This document shows positions 1 through 10,356 of a stretch of DNA of 64,000 nt, piece by piece. Under the pieces are notes generated by a model. It did not search any database. It saw only the letters and a program-made list of their open reading frames with translations, and was not told the DNA's origin. Positions within the stretch are counted from its first letter, which is position 1. Each line of letters begins with the position of its first letter. Source of the DNA: Candidatus Omnitrophota bacterium (GTDB lineage: Bacteria > Omnitrophota > Omnitrophia > Omnitrophales > Aquincolibacteriaceae); contig DAOSLF010000002.1 of the NCBI GenBank assembly GCA_035368605.1, positions 76,023 through 140,022 of the forward strand, written 5' to 3'. The position numbers and the translations under genes were made by a program.

Positions 1-1110
<1,110 letters not shown>

Positions 1111-1143
1111 TTAATGTGAAAAAAACGGTCAACTTCGCGGGCG

Positions 1144-1152
1144 ATTATAGCA
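1144..1152 (-). promoter_or_regulatory. putative extended -10 (TGcTATAAT) upstream of eno
   Basis: Reverse complement of 1144-1152 is tgctataat, about 90 nt upstream of the eno start. No clear -35 was found. Confidence 0.3.
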
Positions 1153-1179
1153 AATCCTCCCCCGCTGTCCAGCGTCCGG

Positions 1180-1764
1180 TCAGACCTGGAGCTTTCCTTC
1201 GATCACGAGCCGGAGCGCTTCGGGATAGACCTCATATTCAGCTGCGTGTATCCGGGCTTCGAGCGTTTCAAGAGTATCCGTCGGAAGCACCGGCACTTTC
1301 CGCTGGAGGATAATGGGACCGGTATCCACGCCGTCATCCACAAAATGGACCGTGACGCCGGTCTCCCTGACCCTGGCATCCCAGGCGTCCCTGATGCCGT
1401 GCGCGCCGGGGAACGCCGGGAGCAGCGCCGGGTGAATGTTGATCAAACGGCCGTGATATTTTCTGACGAAACCGGGCGTCAGGACCCGCATGAACCCGCA
1501 GAGACAGATGAGGTCGATCCTGTATTTATCGACGCATTCGGCCAGCGCCGCGTCAAAAGCCTCACGCGTCGCGAAATCCTCGTGCGAAATCACTTCAGAA
1601 GGAACACCGCACTCTTTCGCCCGCTCGAGCGCCTTCACGCCGGGTTTGTTCGAGACCACGAGCGTGGCTTCGGCGCGGATCTCCCCCGCCTTGATCCTCG
1701 CGACCAGATTGGCCATGTTCGTGCCGCTGCCTGAAACAAAAAAAGCGATGCGTTTCATTTTCAC
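1180..1764 (-). CDS. purN: phosphoribosylglycinamide formyltransferase
   Basis: 194 aa ORF MKRIAFFVSGSGTNMANL...INIHPALLPAFPG, a typical PurN formyl-transferase fold. Confidence 0.85.
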   Translation of the reverse strand: MKMKRIAFFVSGSGTNMANLVARIKAGEIRAEATLVVSNKPGVKALERAKECGVPSEVISHEDFATREAFDAALAECVDKYRIDLICLCGFMRVLTPGFVRKYHGRLINIHPALLPAFPGAHGIRDAWDARVRETGVTVHFVDDGVDTGPIILQRKVPVLPTDTLETLEARIHAAEYEVYPEALRLVIEGKLQV

Positions 1765-1779
1765 CCCCGGTACGGCGTA

Positions 1780-2466
1780 CTAGGAAAGTAGTTTTTTCCG
1801 GCCCTGCCCCGACACCAACACTACCATCTCACCCTTTCGGGGCCGCTTTTCCACATCCCGAACGAGCTCCGACAACCGGCCTCTCAGGAGTTCTTCGAAT
1901 TTCTTCGTGAGCTCGCGGGCCACAACCGCCTCCCGGTCACCGAAGACTTCGAACATATCCCGGAGCGCCGACGGCAAGCGAAACGGCGATTCAAAAAAGA
2001 TCAGCGTCTCCTCCCGCTCCGCGAACCGCGCGAGCCGCTTCTTCCGTGCCGCGCTTTTGTTCGGGAGAAACCCGAGGAACGAGAATTCGTCGACCGCAAG
2101 GCCGCTCGCGACAAGCGCCGTCGTCACCGCGGACGCCCCCGGCAAAACTTCAAAAGGTGCCTTTTCCCGGATCGCCTCACGGATGAGCGTGAACCCCGGA
2201 TCCGAAATCGACGGCATGCCTCCGTCCGTCACGACCGCGACCCGCTTTCCCTGCCTCACCAGCGCAAGGATCTCATGGACGCGGATCTCGGGCGAATGTT
2301 CGTAATAGCCCAGGAATCGTTTTTCGGGAACCTGGTAATGCGCCAGGAGTTTGACGGTCTCCCGCGTGTCCTCGCAAGCGATGTAATCCGCGGCCTTCAG
2401 GGCTTCCAGGGCCCGTAAAGTGATATCCCCCAGGTTTCCGATCGGCGTCGCGACAATGCTCAGCAT
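1780..2466 (-). CDS. rsmI: 16S rRNA (cytidine1402-2'-O)-methyltransferase
   Basis: 228 aa ORF MLSIVATPIGNLGDITLRALEALKAADYIACEDTR..., a tetrapyrrole-methylase-like RsmI. Confidence 0.8.
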   Translation of the reverse strand: MLSIVATPIGNLGDITLRALEALKAADYIACEDTRETVKLLAHYQVPEKRFLGYYEHSPEIRVHEILALVRQGKRVAVVTDGGMPSISDPGFTLIREAIREKAPFEVLPGASAVTTALVASGLAVDEFSFLGFLPNKSAARKKRLARFAEREETLIFFESPFRLPSALRDMFEVFGDREAVVARELTKKFEELLRGRLSELVRDVEKRPRKGEMVVLVSGQGRKKLLS

Positions 2467-2470
2467 GGAA

Positions 2471-3478
2471 TCACCGCTCCCGCCGGATCACGTAATCCGC
2501 AAGACCGAGAAGGCTCGTTTTGAAAGGCGATTCGGGGAATCCCTCGAGCTCCGCCTTGGCCCGCGAGACGAATCCCTTCGCCTTTTCCAGCGCGTACTCG
2601 AGCGCGCCGTTCTTTTGGAGGAGGGTTTTCAGCATTGAGAACCGTTTCCCGTGGTTCCGCGCGTGGAGAATCCTGACGACCTTGTCACGGTCGGCCGACG
2701 CGAGGCAGCGGATCACGGGGAGCGTGTAGACCCCTTCCCCGAGATCCGAGCCGAGCGTCTTTCCGAGCTCGTTTTCGCGGCCGGTGAAATCAAGGCGATC
2801 GTCCGTGATCTGGAACGCCATCCCGAAATAATTCCCGTAGCGGCCGAGGGCCTCCGCGCGGGCCTCGTCCATCCCCCACACAAGCGCTCCGGTCTGGAGC
2901 GCACAGGCAAGAAGTGACGCCGTTTTCTTCCGGAGGATCTCGAAATGAATCTCCTCGGTCAGATTGATATTGTTCTTCTCGCCGAGCTCCTGCATCTCGC
3001 CTTCGCAGATCTCACCCGCGGTTTTGAGGAAGAGAGGAATGATCCGGTCGTTCCCGTACCGAAAGATCGTGACGACCGCCCGGTCGTGGAAATAATCGCC
3101 GGCCAGCACGGCGGTCTGGGGCCCCCATTTTACGTGAAGCGACGGCAACCCGCGGCGGATCGGCGCGGAGTCGATGATATCGTCGTGGATCAGGGTCGCC
3201 GCGTGGAAGATCTCGGTCGCGGCCGCGAGGTGAAGCTCGGCCGTCTCTTCCCGTTCCGCGGGCACCGGCGCGCCGGCCGAAAGCGAGCGCGCGAGCCCGC
3301 CGCCGAGAAACACGAGCGCGGGCCGCAGCAGTTTCCCGTTCCTCGACAGGAAATAACGGACCACGTCCTCGATGCGCCGGTTCGGGGTCTTGAGGATGTC
3401 CCGGATGATCCCCGGGACGGACTCCATTCCGGAGGTGACTGGCGCGTAGATCGATGCGAGGTTCAATGTTTGTGTCAT
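2471..3478 (-). CDS. trans-polyprenyl diphosphate synthase (octaprenyl/heptaprenyl type)
   Basis: 335 aa ORF with FARM LIHDDIIDS and SARM FQITDDRLD aspartate-rich motifs. Confidence 0.8.
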   Translation of the reverse strand: MTQTLNLASIYAPVTSGMESVPGIIRDILKTPNRRIEDVVRYFLSRNGKLLRPALVFLGGGLARSLSAGAPVPAEREETAELHLAAATEIFHAATLIHDDIIDSAPIRRGLPSLHVKWGPQTAVLAGDYFHDRAVVTIFRYGNDRIIPLFLKTAGEICEGEMQELGEKNNINLTEEIHFEILRKKTASLLACALQTGALVWGMDEARAEALGRYGNYFGMAFQITDDRLDFTGRENELGKTLGSDLGEGVYTLPVIRCLASADRDKVVRILHARNHGKRFSMLKTLLQKNGALEYALEKAKGFVSRAKAELEGFPESPFKTSLLGLADYVIRRER

Positions 3479-3552
3479 AGGAGACGCTATTATAACAAAA
3501 CCGGTCGGGGGCCGTCATTGTTGTCGAGCACGTGAGCGTCCCCGCCCCCTGG

Positions 3553-4392
3553 TTATTTCAGCGCATCGCTGAGCTGCCGGAACTGGGCGGTCGTCAGCTC
3601 CTCGCCTCTCGCATTCAGGGAAAGGCCGAGCCTCCCGAAGACCATGGCCAGCTCCTCGCGTCCCTTTTCGGGCCTTAACTGTTTCGAAAGAAGCGAAAGC
3701 AGGGTCTTTCGGCGTTCGCTGAACGCGATGCGGATGACATCGAGAAGGGTCTTTTCCTCGCCGGAGACATGCCCCCGTTCGAACACATAACGGATCACCC
3801 GGGACGTGACCTCGGGGGCCGGGAGAAAACATTTTGGCGACACGTCGAAGAGCGTTTGCGTCTTCCCGAAAACGGATGACGAAACGCTGAGGCGTCCGTA
3901 ATCCTCCGTGCGAGGTTTCGCGGTCATTCGCGCCGCGACTTCTTTTTGCATCATCAGCACCGCCGAGTGGAAACACGCGCGATGTTCGATCAGGTGGAAA
4001 AGGATCGGCGTCGAGATGTAATAAGGCAGGTTGCTCGCAGCCTTCACGGGAAGCGGGACGTTCCGCTCCCGGAGGACCTTCGTCAGGTCGCATTTGAGGA
4101 TATCCCCCCGAACAATCTCGAGCAGTCCGGGAAACTCCGGAGCGATCTCGGTCTGAAGGATTTCGACGAACTTCGGGTCTTTCTCGACCGCGATCACGCT
4201 GTGGCCGCGAACGAGAAATTCCGCCGTCAGGGCGCCGAGCCCGGGACCGATCTCGAGGACCGGTTCGCCCGCCGCAAGCTCAAGGCCATCCACGATCTTG
4301 CGGACCGTGTTCGGGTCCATAAGGAGGTGTTGCCCGAGATGCCCGCGGACGCGGATCGCGTATTTCTTGAGAAGCCGGACCTGATTAAGCAT
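3553..4392 (-). CDS. rsmA: 16S rRNA (adenine1518/1519-N6)-dimethyltransferase
   Basis: 279 aa ORF with LGQHLL...LEIGPGLGALT SAM-binding motif typical of KsgA. Overlaps pdxA by 8 nt as in the E. coli surA-pdxA-ksgA operon. Confidence 0.85.
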   Translation of the reverse strand: MLNQVRLLKKYAIRVRGHLGQHLLMDPNTVRKIVDGLELAAGEPVLEIGPGLGALTAEFLVRGHSVIAVEKDPKFVEILQTEIAPEFPGLLEIVRGDILKCDLTKVLRERNVPLPVKAASNLPYYISTPILFHLIEHRACFHSAVLMMQKEVAARMTAKPRTEDYGRLSVSSSVFGKTQTLFDVSPKCFLPAPEVTSRVIRYVFERGHVSGEEKTLLDVIRIAFSERRKTLLSLLSKQLRPEKGREELAMVFGRLGLSLNARGEELTTAQFRQLSDALK

Positions 4393-5383
4393 TACGGTTC
4401 AGCGCAAGTCTTTCGGCGAGTTCCAGCGCGGCGGTCATCGAGGACGGATTCGCTTTCCCCCTGTACGCGATGTCGTAGGCGGTGCCGTGGTCGGGCGAGG
4501 TCCTTACATAGGGAAGACCGAGCGTCACGTTCACGCCATCATGAAAATGCACGAGTTTGAACGCCGTCAATGCCTGGTCATGGTACATGCCGATCACGGC
4601 ATCATACTTCCCTTCATAAGCGGCGTGGAAAAGAAGGTCCGCGGGGAACGGTCCGGCAGCGTGGATTCCGGCCCTCACGGCCCTGCGAACGGCGGGTAAG
4701 ATGACCGCGTCTTCCTCGTCGCCGCACTCCCTGCCGTGCGGGTTCAGAGCGCAGACCGCGATCCCGGGCTTTCGGAGGCCGAAATCCCGTTTGAGCGTTT
4801 CCGCGGTGAGCTTGATCTTTTCCAGAATCTTCTCCGCCGAAAGCAGGCCGCTGACCTTTTTGAGCGGCGCGTGGATCGTGGCCAGGGTCACTTTGAGCCG
4901 GGGCCCCACGAACATCATCGCGAATTTTTTTGTTCCCGAGCGCGCGGCGAAAAACTCAGTGTGCCCCACGAAATTCTTTTGCGCGAGCCGTGCGGAGGCC
5001 TTGTTGAGCGGCGCCGTGCAGATCGCCTGGACGAGCCCGCGGCCCGCGAGATCCGCGGCCGTCGCGATGGCCCCGACCGCCATCCGTCCGTTCGCGGCAC
5101 TCTCTTTCGCGAGATCGAAAGTTCCGCCCCCCATGTCCCGAAGATAGACCTTCCCGCCCCGGAGTTTTTCCGCGTCGCGCGGGAGTGTTGCAAAAGGGAA
5201 CGAAAGACCGGTCTTCTTTTCAAGGAAGGAAAAAACCCTTCGGGACCCGATAACGACGTAGCGGCAGGAAGATTTCAGCTTGTGCCGCCGGAGGGACTTC
5301 ACGATCACTTCGGGGCCGACGCCGCCGGGATCACCCATTGTGATCGCGATCACGCACGGCGTTTGTTTCTTTTTTCTCATCAT
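4385..5383 (-). CDS. pdxA: 4-hydroxythreonine-4-phosphate dehydrogenase
   Basis: 332 aa ORF with conserved ...TLGLPYVRTSPDHGTAYDIAYRGKANPSSM... PdxA C-terminal signature. Confidence 0.85.
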   Translation of the reverse strand: MMRKKKQTPCVIAITMGDPGGVGPEVIVKSLRRHKLKSSCRYVVIGSRRVFSFLEKKTGLSFPFATLPRDAEKLRGGKVYLRDMGGGTFDLAKESAANGRMAVGAIATAADLAGRGLVQAICTAPLNKASARLAQKNFVGHTEFFAARSGTKKFAMMFVGPRLKVTLATIHAPLKKVSGLLSAEKILEKIKLTAETLKRDFGLRKPGIAVCALNPHGRECGDEEDAVILPAVRRAVRAGIHAAGPFPADLLFHAAYEGKYDAVIGMYHDQALTAFKLVHFHDGVNVTLGLPYVRTSPDHGTAYDIAYRGKANPSSMTAALELAERLALNRNA

Positions 5384-5453
5384 AGCCTGTTGGATGACTC
5401 AAAAACGCGGGGCCCGGGACTGGTTCCGGGCCCCGAGGGACGAGTTCCCTTCC

Positions 5454-6440
5454 TTACCGGATTGAAATATACGCCGTCTTCTTGAGCTGCTCCGTCCACT
5501 CCCTGAACCGCTCGTTGCTCTTGACCTGGAACAGGTAACCGGAGATCTGGTCGCGGGCCTCCTGGAAAGAAATCTGGCGGGCTTCCTCCACGTCCTCGAC
5601 CTTGAAGATGTGAAAACCGACCGGCGTTTCGACGATCCCGGTCAGGTGGCCTTTCGGGGTCTTGAAGATGGCCTCGTCAACCGATTCGATCATGGAACCC
5701 TTTTCGAACCACTGGGAAGGTTCCTTCTCCTTCGCGCGGGAGTCCTCGGAGGAACTCGCGACAAGCGCTTCAAAATTCTCGCCCTGTTTGAGCTTGAGAA
5801 AAAGCGAATCCATCCGTTCCTTCGCCTTTTCGTCGGCGATGCCTTTTTCGCGGGCCTCCGGGCTCTTTTTGACCGTGAGCGAACGAACCTTCACGCGGGC
5901 GGTCTTGCGGAACTTGTCGGGATTGTCCCTGTAGAATTTCTCGATCTCCGCCGGCGAGATCACAACACGGGAGCGGATCTCCATATCCTGCAGACGACGA
6001 ATCATAAGCTGTCTCTTGAACTTCTCGCGGAGGCTCTTCATATTCATCCCCTCGCGTTCGAGCATCGCGTCGAACTCGTCGGGGTTCTCCATGCGTTTCC
6101 TGAAGTCAGAGAGTTCCTTCTCGATCTCGTCCTCATTGATCACAATGTCCTGGGCGACCGCTTCCTGGTAGACGAGCTTGTCCTCGATCAACTGGCCCAG
6201 TATCTTCGTGCGGGCTTCCCTGACCAGTTCCGCGAGTTCCTCGCCGCTGTACTGCAGTTTGTAGTCCTCGTAAACGGGGCGAAGGACCGCGTCGAGCTCG
6301 GCCTGCGTGATGATCTCGTCATTGACAACCGCCACGACCCGGTCGAGGAGCTCTTCTTCGGCGCGGGCGAAAGGAACCAGCACAAACAGGATCAAAAGCG
6401 CGAGAATGAGGTTTTTCACCCCGTTAGGGATCGGACACAT
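5454..6440 (-). CDS. surA: SurA-like periplasmic chaperone / parvulin PPIase
   Basis: 328 aa ORF with an N-terminal signal peptide (LILALLILFVLVPFARA), a SurA_N-like domain and a parvulin domain (GFHIFKVEDV). The start may instead be the internal GTG about 18 nt downstream. Confidence 0.7.
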   Translation of the reverse strand: MCPIPNGVKNLILALLILFVLVPFARAEEELLDRVVAVVNDEIITQAELDAVLRPVYEDYKLQYSGEELAELVREARTKILGQLIEDKLVYQEAVAQDIVINEDEIEKELSDFRKRMENPDEFDAMLEREGMNMKSLREKFKRQLMIRRLQDMEIRSRVVISPAEIEKFYRDNPDKFRKTARVKVRSLTVKKSPEAREKGIADEKAKERMDSLFLKLKQGENFEALVASSSEDSRAKEKEPSQWFEKGSMIESVDEAIFKTPKGHLTGIVETPVGFHIFKVEDVEEARQISFQEARDQISGYLFQVKSNERFREWTEQLKKTAYISIR

Positions 6441-6571
6441 TGGCGTTGCCCTTATGTTTAAGGATTCTGATCAGGCTTTTTTCAAATCATTTCTTCCCGG
6501 AAGCGATAGCGCTGTTTGAAACAGGTCCTGTCTTCAACGGGGTTCACAGAGCGGGTATTATACATCAAATG

Positions 6572-6601
6572 GCACGGCGTACGAAGTACGGAGTACGGTG
6601 C
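6572..6601. repeat. GTAC-rich short intergenic repeat (variant copy): gcacggcgtacgaagtacggagtacggtgc
   Basis: Shares ACGGCGTACG[A/G]AGTACGG with two copies in atp operon spacers (49002-49017, 49931-49953). Lies between the mfd stop and the surA start. Confidence 0.45.
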
Positions 6602-6615
6602 ATGCTGTAACCGCT

Positions 6616-8547
6616 TTACGCGGGCGATCGTTGTTCCGTGCTCGGCGTACCGGACCTCGCGCTTGTTCTTTGCTCTTCCACCGCTCTCTTCAGCATCTTG
6701 CAATAGAGGTCGAATCCGACCGCGTGAATGAACCCGCTCTGTTCGTGCCCCAGCAAATTTCCGGCGCCGCGGATCTCGAGGTCTTCCATCGCGATCCGGA
6801 ACCCTGAGCCGAGCTCCACAAACCGTTCGATCGCGGCAAGGCGCTTCCCGGCGTCAAGCGTCAAAACCCAGTTCTTCGGCGTCAGGAAATACGCGTAGGC
6901 CTGGCGCGGCTCCCTGAAACGGCCGACACGGCCGCGAAGCTGGTAGAGGTCCGCGAGGCCGAAACAATCGGCGCGGTTCACGATCAGCGTGTTCACATTC
7001 GGGATATCGATCCCGGACTCAATAATGTTGGTCGAGATCAAACAGTCGACCGACCCTTTTATGAAGCTCATCATGACCCGTTCGAGCATCTCGACCGGCA
7101 TCTGCCCGTGCGCGACGCCGAAGCGGACCCCGGGCATGAGTTCTTTCAGTTTTTGGTGGACCTTTTCGATGTTCTCGACGCGGTTGTGGATGAAATAGAC
7201 CTGGCCCTTCCTGGCGATCTCACGTTCCACAGCCTGTTTCACGATATTTTCGTGATATTCCATCACAAATGTCCGGACCGGCATGCGGTGACGCGGCGGG
7301 GTGTCGATCACGGACATATCACGGACACCGAGCAAGGCCATGTGGAGCGTCCTCGGGATCGGTGTCGCAGTCAGCGTCAGGACGTCCACCTGCGAACGCA
7401 TCCGTTTGAAGGCTTCCTTGTGCCGGACACCGAAGCGCTGTTCCTCGTCGATCACGACGAGCCCAAGCTCCCGGAACTCGATATCCTTCGACAAGAGCCG
7501 GTGGGTACCGATCACGATGTCGGTCGCTCCCGTCTTGAGGGAACGCACGACTGCCTTCTGCCCGGCCGCGGTCTGGAACCTCGAAAGGAGCTCGACCGTC
7601 ACGGGAAAGGTTTTCACGCGATCCTTCATCAGGATGTAGTGCTGTTCGGCGAGGATCGTCGTCGGCACGAGGAACGCAACCTGCTTGCCGCCCGTCACAG
7701 CCTTGAACGCCGCGCGCATCGCGACCTCGGTCTTTCCGTAGCCGACATCCCCGCAGAGGAGCCTGTCCATCGGCTTCGGCGCCTCCATGTCCCGCTTCGT
7801 TTCCTCGATCGCCCGTTTCTGCCCGGCGGTCTCCTCGAACGGGAACTCGGCCTCGAACTTCTGCTGCCAGTCGCGGTCGGAGGGGAACGCGAATCCCTGC
7901 TGGACGCTGCGGCGGGCCTGGATCTCGAGAAGCTCGCCGGCCACCTTGTGGAGTGCGATCCGCGTCCGTTCCTTGATCCGCTCCCATTCCTTTGTGTTGA
8001 GTTTCGTCAGTTTCGGCGAGCCCGACAAGCCGCCGATATAACGTTCGAGCGGTTCCTTCAGGGAAAGGTACAGGATTTCTCCGTCCGCATATTCGATCGC
8101 GTAACAGCGTTCTTTCGCGCCGTCCATCCGGATCATCTTCGTGCCGAGGAAACGTCCGATCCCGTAATGCAGGTGGACGACAAAGTCACCGCGCTGGAGC
8201 TCACCTGCCTCCGAGACGGGTTCGAACGCGCCGAGCCGCTCCTCGAGGCGGCGGACCTTTTTTTCGAATTGGCCGGAGAGCGGGATCAGGAAGACCTCTT
8301 CGAACATCGTGAAGCTCTTCCCTTCGGAGGGGGAAAAATCGCGGATCTGATGGAGGGTATCGCCGCGGAAGTCGAGGCGCACCGGCATCCGGTAGGTCAC
8401 GGGATAGATATCGACCGTCCCGCCGCGCATCGCGTACTCACCCGGAAGCTCCACGAGGCCCTTACGGACATAGCGAAGCTCCTGGAGCATCGCCTCCAGC
8501 CCGTCGAGCGTTATCTTGTCCCCCGTCTTCAGGTGTCGAATCCGCAT
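6616..8547 (-). CDS. mfd: transcription-repair coupling factor, unusually short form (643 aa)
   Basis: Contains a GEYAMRGG UvrB-homology remnant, a CarD/TRCF RNAP-interacting domain ([16 protein letters not shown]), SF2 helicase motifs ([26 protein letters not shown]) and a TRG-motif region ([16 protein letters not shown]). Lacks the N-terminal D1a/D2 and the C-terminal D7 of canonical Mfd (about 1150 aa). Confidence 0.75.
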   Translation of the reverse strand: MRIRHLKTGDKITLDGLEAMLQELRYVRKGLVELPGEYAMRGGTVDIYPVTYRMPVRLDFRGDTLHQIRDFSPSEGKSFTMFEEVFLIPLSGQFEKKVRRLEERLGAFEPVSEAGELQRGDFVVHLHYGIGRFLGTKMIRMDGAKERCYAIEYADGEILYLSLKEPLERYIGGLSGSPKLTKLNTKEWERIKERTRIALHKVAGELLEIQARRSVQQGFAFPSDRDWQQKFEAEFPFEETAGQKRAIEETKRDMEAPKPMDRLLCGDVGYGKTEVAMRAAFKAVTGGKQVAFLVPTTILAEQHYILMKDRVKTFPVTVELLSRFQTAAGQKAVVRSLKTGATDIVIGTHRLLSKDIEFRELGLVVIDEEQRFGVRHKEAFKRMRSQVDVLTLTATPIPRTLHMALLGVRDMSVIDTPPRHRMPVRTFVMEYHENIVKQAVEREIARKGQVYFIHNRVENIEKVHQKLKELMPGVRFGVAHGQMPVEMLERVMMSFIKGSVDCLISTNIIESGIDIPNVNTLIVNRADCFGLADLYQLRGRVGRFREPRQAYAYFLTPKNWVLTLDAGKRLAAIERFVELGSGFRIAMEDLEIRGAGNLLGHEQSGFIHAVGFDLYCKMLKRAVEEQRTSARSGTPSTEQRSPA

Positions 8548-8606
8548 CGCATGTGTCCTTCCGGCTTAACCGAAATGGCTCAGACCAGCCCGGCGGCTTT
8601 CAGCCC

Positions 8607-9158
8607 TCAGCCCCTAGACTTTGCCTGTAAAATCGGCGTTTCTCTCCAAAGTCCTCTTTTGGCTTCGCGTGCTTCTTTCTGAAGCTTCACGAACAGGTCC
8701 TTGTGTTTCACATTCGGCGGGACGGTCAGGACCATCGCGTAACCTTCTCTCAGGATTTCGGCGTTCACGAACATCCCGTCTTCCGTGTAAAGATAGGCGA
8801 GCGTGCGGCCGTAGCGGTCGCGTTTTTCGACGTCGTACTCAAGCTGGACGCGCTTCCCTTCCGTCAGCGACCGCGTGAACTGCGCCGAGCGTTTCCCGAG
8901 CGCGATGATCGTGTCCGCGTCCTGACGGGTCTTTTCCATGTCGCGGGCAAGTTTCCCGTTCCGGCGGGATTCCGGCGTGTCGATTCCGATCAGCCGGACC
9001 TTTTGTCCGTCCGTGAGGATGACCGTGTCCCCGTCCACGACCCGCTTGACCGTAGCGTAGTCCCCGGCCAAGGCGGGTCTCTCCGCCGCGCGCGCGGGCA
9101 GCGGGGCGAGGACCATGAGGAAGGAAACCATCAAAAAAAACGGGAACCGTATTCTCAT
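8607..9158 (-). CDS. secreted thermonuclease (staphylococcal nuclease-like)
   Basis: 183 aa ORF with a signal peptide (FLMVSFLMVLAPLPARA) and an SNase core (VDGDTVILTDGQKVRLIGIDTPE ... YGRTLAYLY). Confidence 0.75.
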   Translation of the reverse strand: MRIRFPFFLMVSFLMVLAPLPARAAERPALAGDYATVKRVVDGDTVILTDGQKVRLIGIDTPESRRNGKLARDMEKTRQDADTIIALGKRSAQFTRSLTEGKRVQLEYDVEKRDRYGRTLAYLYTEDGMFVNAEILREGYAMVLTVPPNVKHKDLFVKLQKEAREAKRGLWRETPILQAKSRG

Positions 9159-9276
9159 AAGGAATGATTATAAAACGGAGCGCACAAAGCGGACAGCCAA
9201 TCTTTTATCGTCGACTTGCTACAGGTTTCTCAAAATCACCCGGACGATCGCCTTGAGGGAACGGTATCCCATGCAT

Positions 9277-9314
9277 ATAAAAAAGCCCCTGCTCCGCGGG
9301 AGCGGAACAGGGGC
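9277..9314 (-). terminator. Rho-independent terminator downstream of the DUF11 gene
   Basis: On the minus strand, gcccctgttccgctcccgcggagcaggggc forms a 13-bp stem with one mismatch and a gcgg tetraloop, followed by UUUUUUAUAU. Plus coordinates: hairpin 9285-9314, A-run 9279-9284. Confidence 0.55.
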
Positions 9315-9370
9315 CGAGGAACCCGTTTAACCACCGTCAACCTGCGAGGCTGGAAACGGTGGATTCCGGA

Positions 9371-10171
9371 TCAATAAACGTGCGTGGATTCGGTCTCGTC
9401 CACCGGCCTCCGGATCGCGTCACTCGTCAGCTTGACCGAGGTGCGATGATCGCCTTCCGAGAGGGCCTTCGCCGTCACTTCCCAGGTCGCCTTGTGGCCC
9501 GGGGCAAGAGACGCGAGCGGAGCAAACTCAACGGATTTGGCACTTTCCACCTTTGCCTGCGTGGGGCCGCCCGAAGAAACATAATCGAAGTTCTCCTCGA
9601 AACTCATCTTCACGAGGATGTTCTCGTCGGGGGCATTCCCCTGGTTGGTCACGGTAACGTAGAACTTCTCCGTCCCGCCGACCTGGACGGGGTCCTCCGT
9701 GTCGATCACTTCAAGAAGAATCGCCGGCATGCCCAGCTCAGGGCCCTGGCAAAGGCTCTGGCTGTGGATCACCTTTGTGCATGATTTGAAGGAACCGGTC
9801 GATTTCGCGCTCCCCTGGATCGTGAGCGTCCGGGATTCCTTCGGCTTCAGGGTCCCGAAATCCCACTGGATCGTCTGCCCCGCCACTTTGGAAGGCTCCG
9901 GCAACGCGGCGCTCATCACATACGTCTCGGCCAGGGTCTCGATCACCGAAACATCGTTGACCAGCCGGTCAGTGCGATTCGTGACGCGGATTATGTATTC
10001 GTAGGGCTTTCCGATCACGATCTGCGGCGGCATGTTTTTTTCGATGTAAAGCGGGGAGCCCTGCTCCCTGCAATCACCGCAGTCCGCAAATCCCGTCGGG
10101 GTGAAAGAAACGGCGGCAATCGCGGCGAAAATAAGAACGGTGGAGATTGCGACGATCCTTGGAAATTTCAT
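9371..10171 (-). CDS. secreted/membrane-anchored protein with two DUF11 (conserved repeat domain) repeats
   Basis: 266 aa ORF with an N-terminal hydrophobic segment (IVAISTVLIFAAIAAVSF). Two repeats match the DUF11 pattern (Y.Y.I.VTN.....V.V..........W..G.L.P.....T). An AAGGAGG SD precedes the ATG. Confidence 0.6.
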   Translation of the reverse strand: MKFPRIVAISTVLIFAAIAAVSFTPTGFADCGDCREQGSPLYIEKNMPPQIVIGKPYEYIIRVTNRTDRLVNDVSVIETLAETYVMSAALPEPSKVAGQTIQWDFGTLKPKESRTLTIQGSAKSTGSFKSCTKVIHSQSLCQGPELGMPAILLEVIDTEDPVQVGGTEKFYVTVTNQGNAPDENILVKMSFEENFDYVSSGGPTQAKVESAKSVEFAPLASLAPGHKATWEVTAKALSEGDHRTSVKLTSDAIRRPVDETESTHVY

Positions 10172-10318
10172 GACGTGCCTCCTTGAAGGTCTTGGCAGGG
10201 AAAACGGCTTCCCGGCTCTGGTTGTTGAGGGGATCCGCGGCTCGGGGAACCTTGCCGCGAAACCGTTTTTAGTCTATCCCCGCGGTCAAACCCGGTCAAC
10301 ATCTGATTCCCGACCGGT

Positions 10319-10339
10319 TCCAACCTACGAGGTTGGATA
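10319..10339. repeat. 21-nt hairpin motif tccaacctacgaggttggata (8-bp stem, acg loop), copy 1 (intergenic)
   Basis: Identical 21-mer recurs at 52967-52987 inside the Fe-ADH CDS. Lies between the nuclease-fusion gene stop and the DUF11 gene start. Confidence 0.5.
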
Positions 10340-10356
10340 GGTTGCGGAAGTGACGC

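Noticed and set aside
7108-8682. 524-aa plus-strand ORF antisense to mfd
   Set aside because: Shadow ORF. The minus strand carries clear SF2 helicase motifs.
9115-9330. 71-aa plus-strand ORF between the SNase and DUF11 genes
   Set aside because: It overlaps the Rho-independent terminator hairpin of the minus-strand DUF11 gene; likely non-coding.
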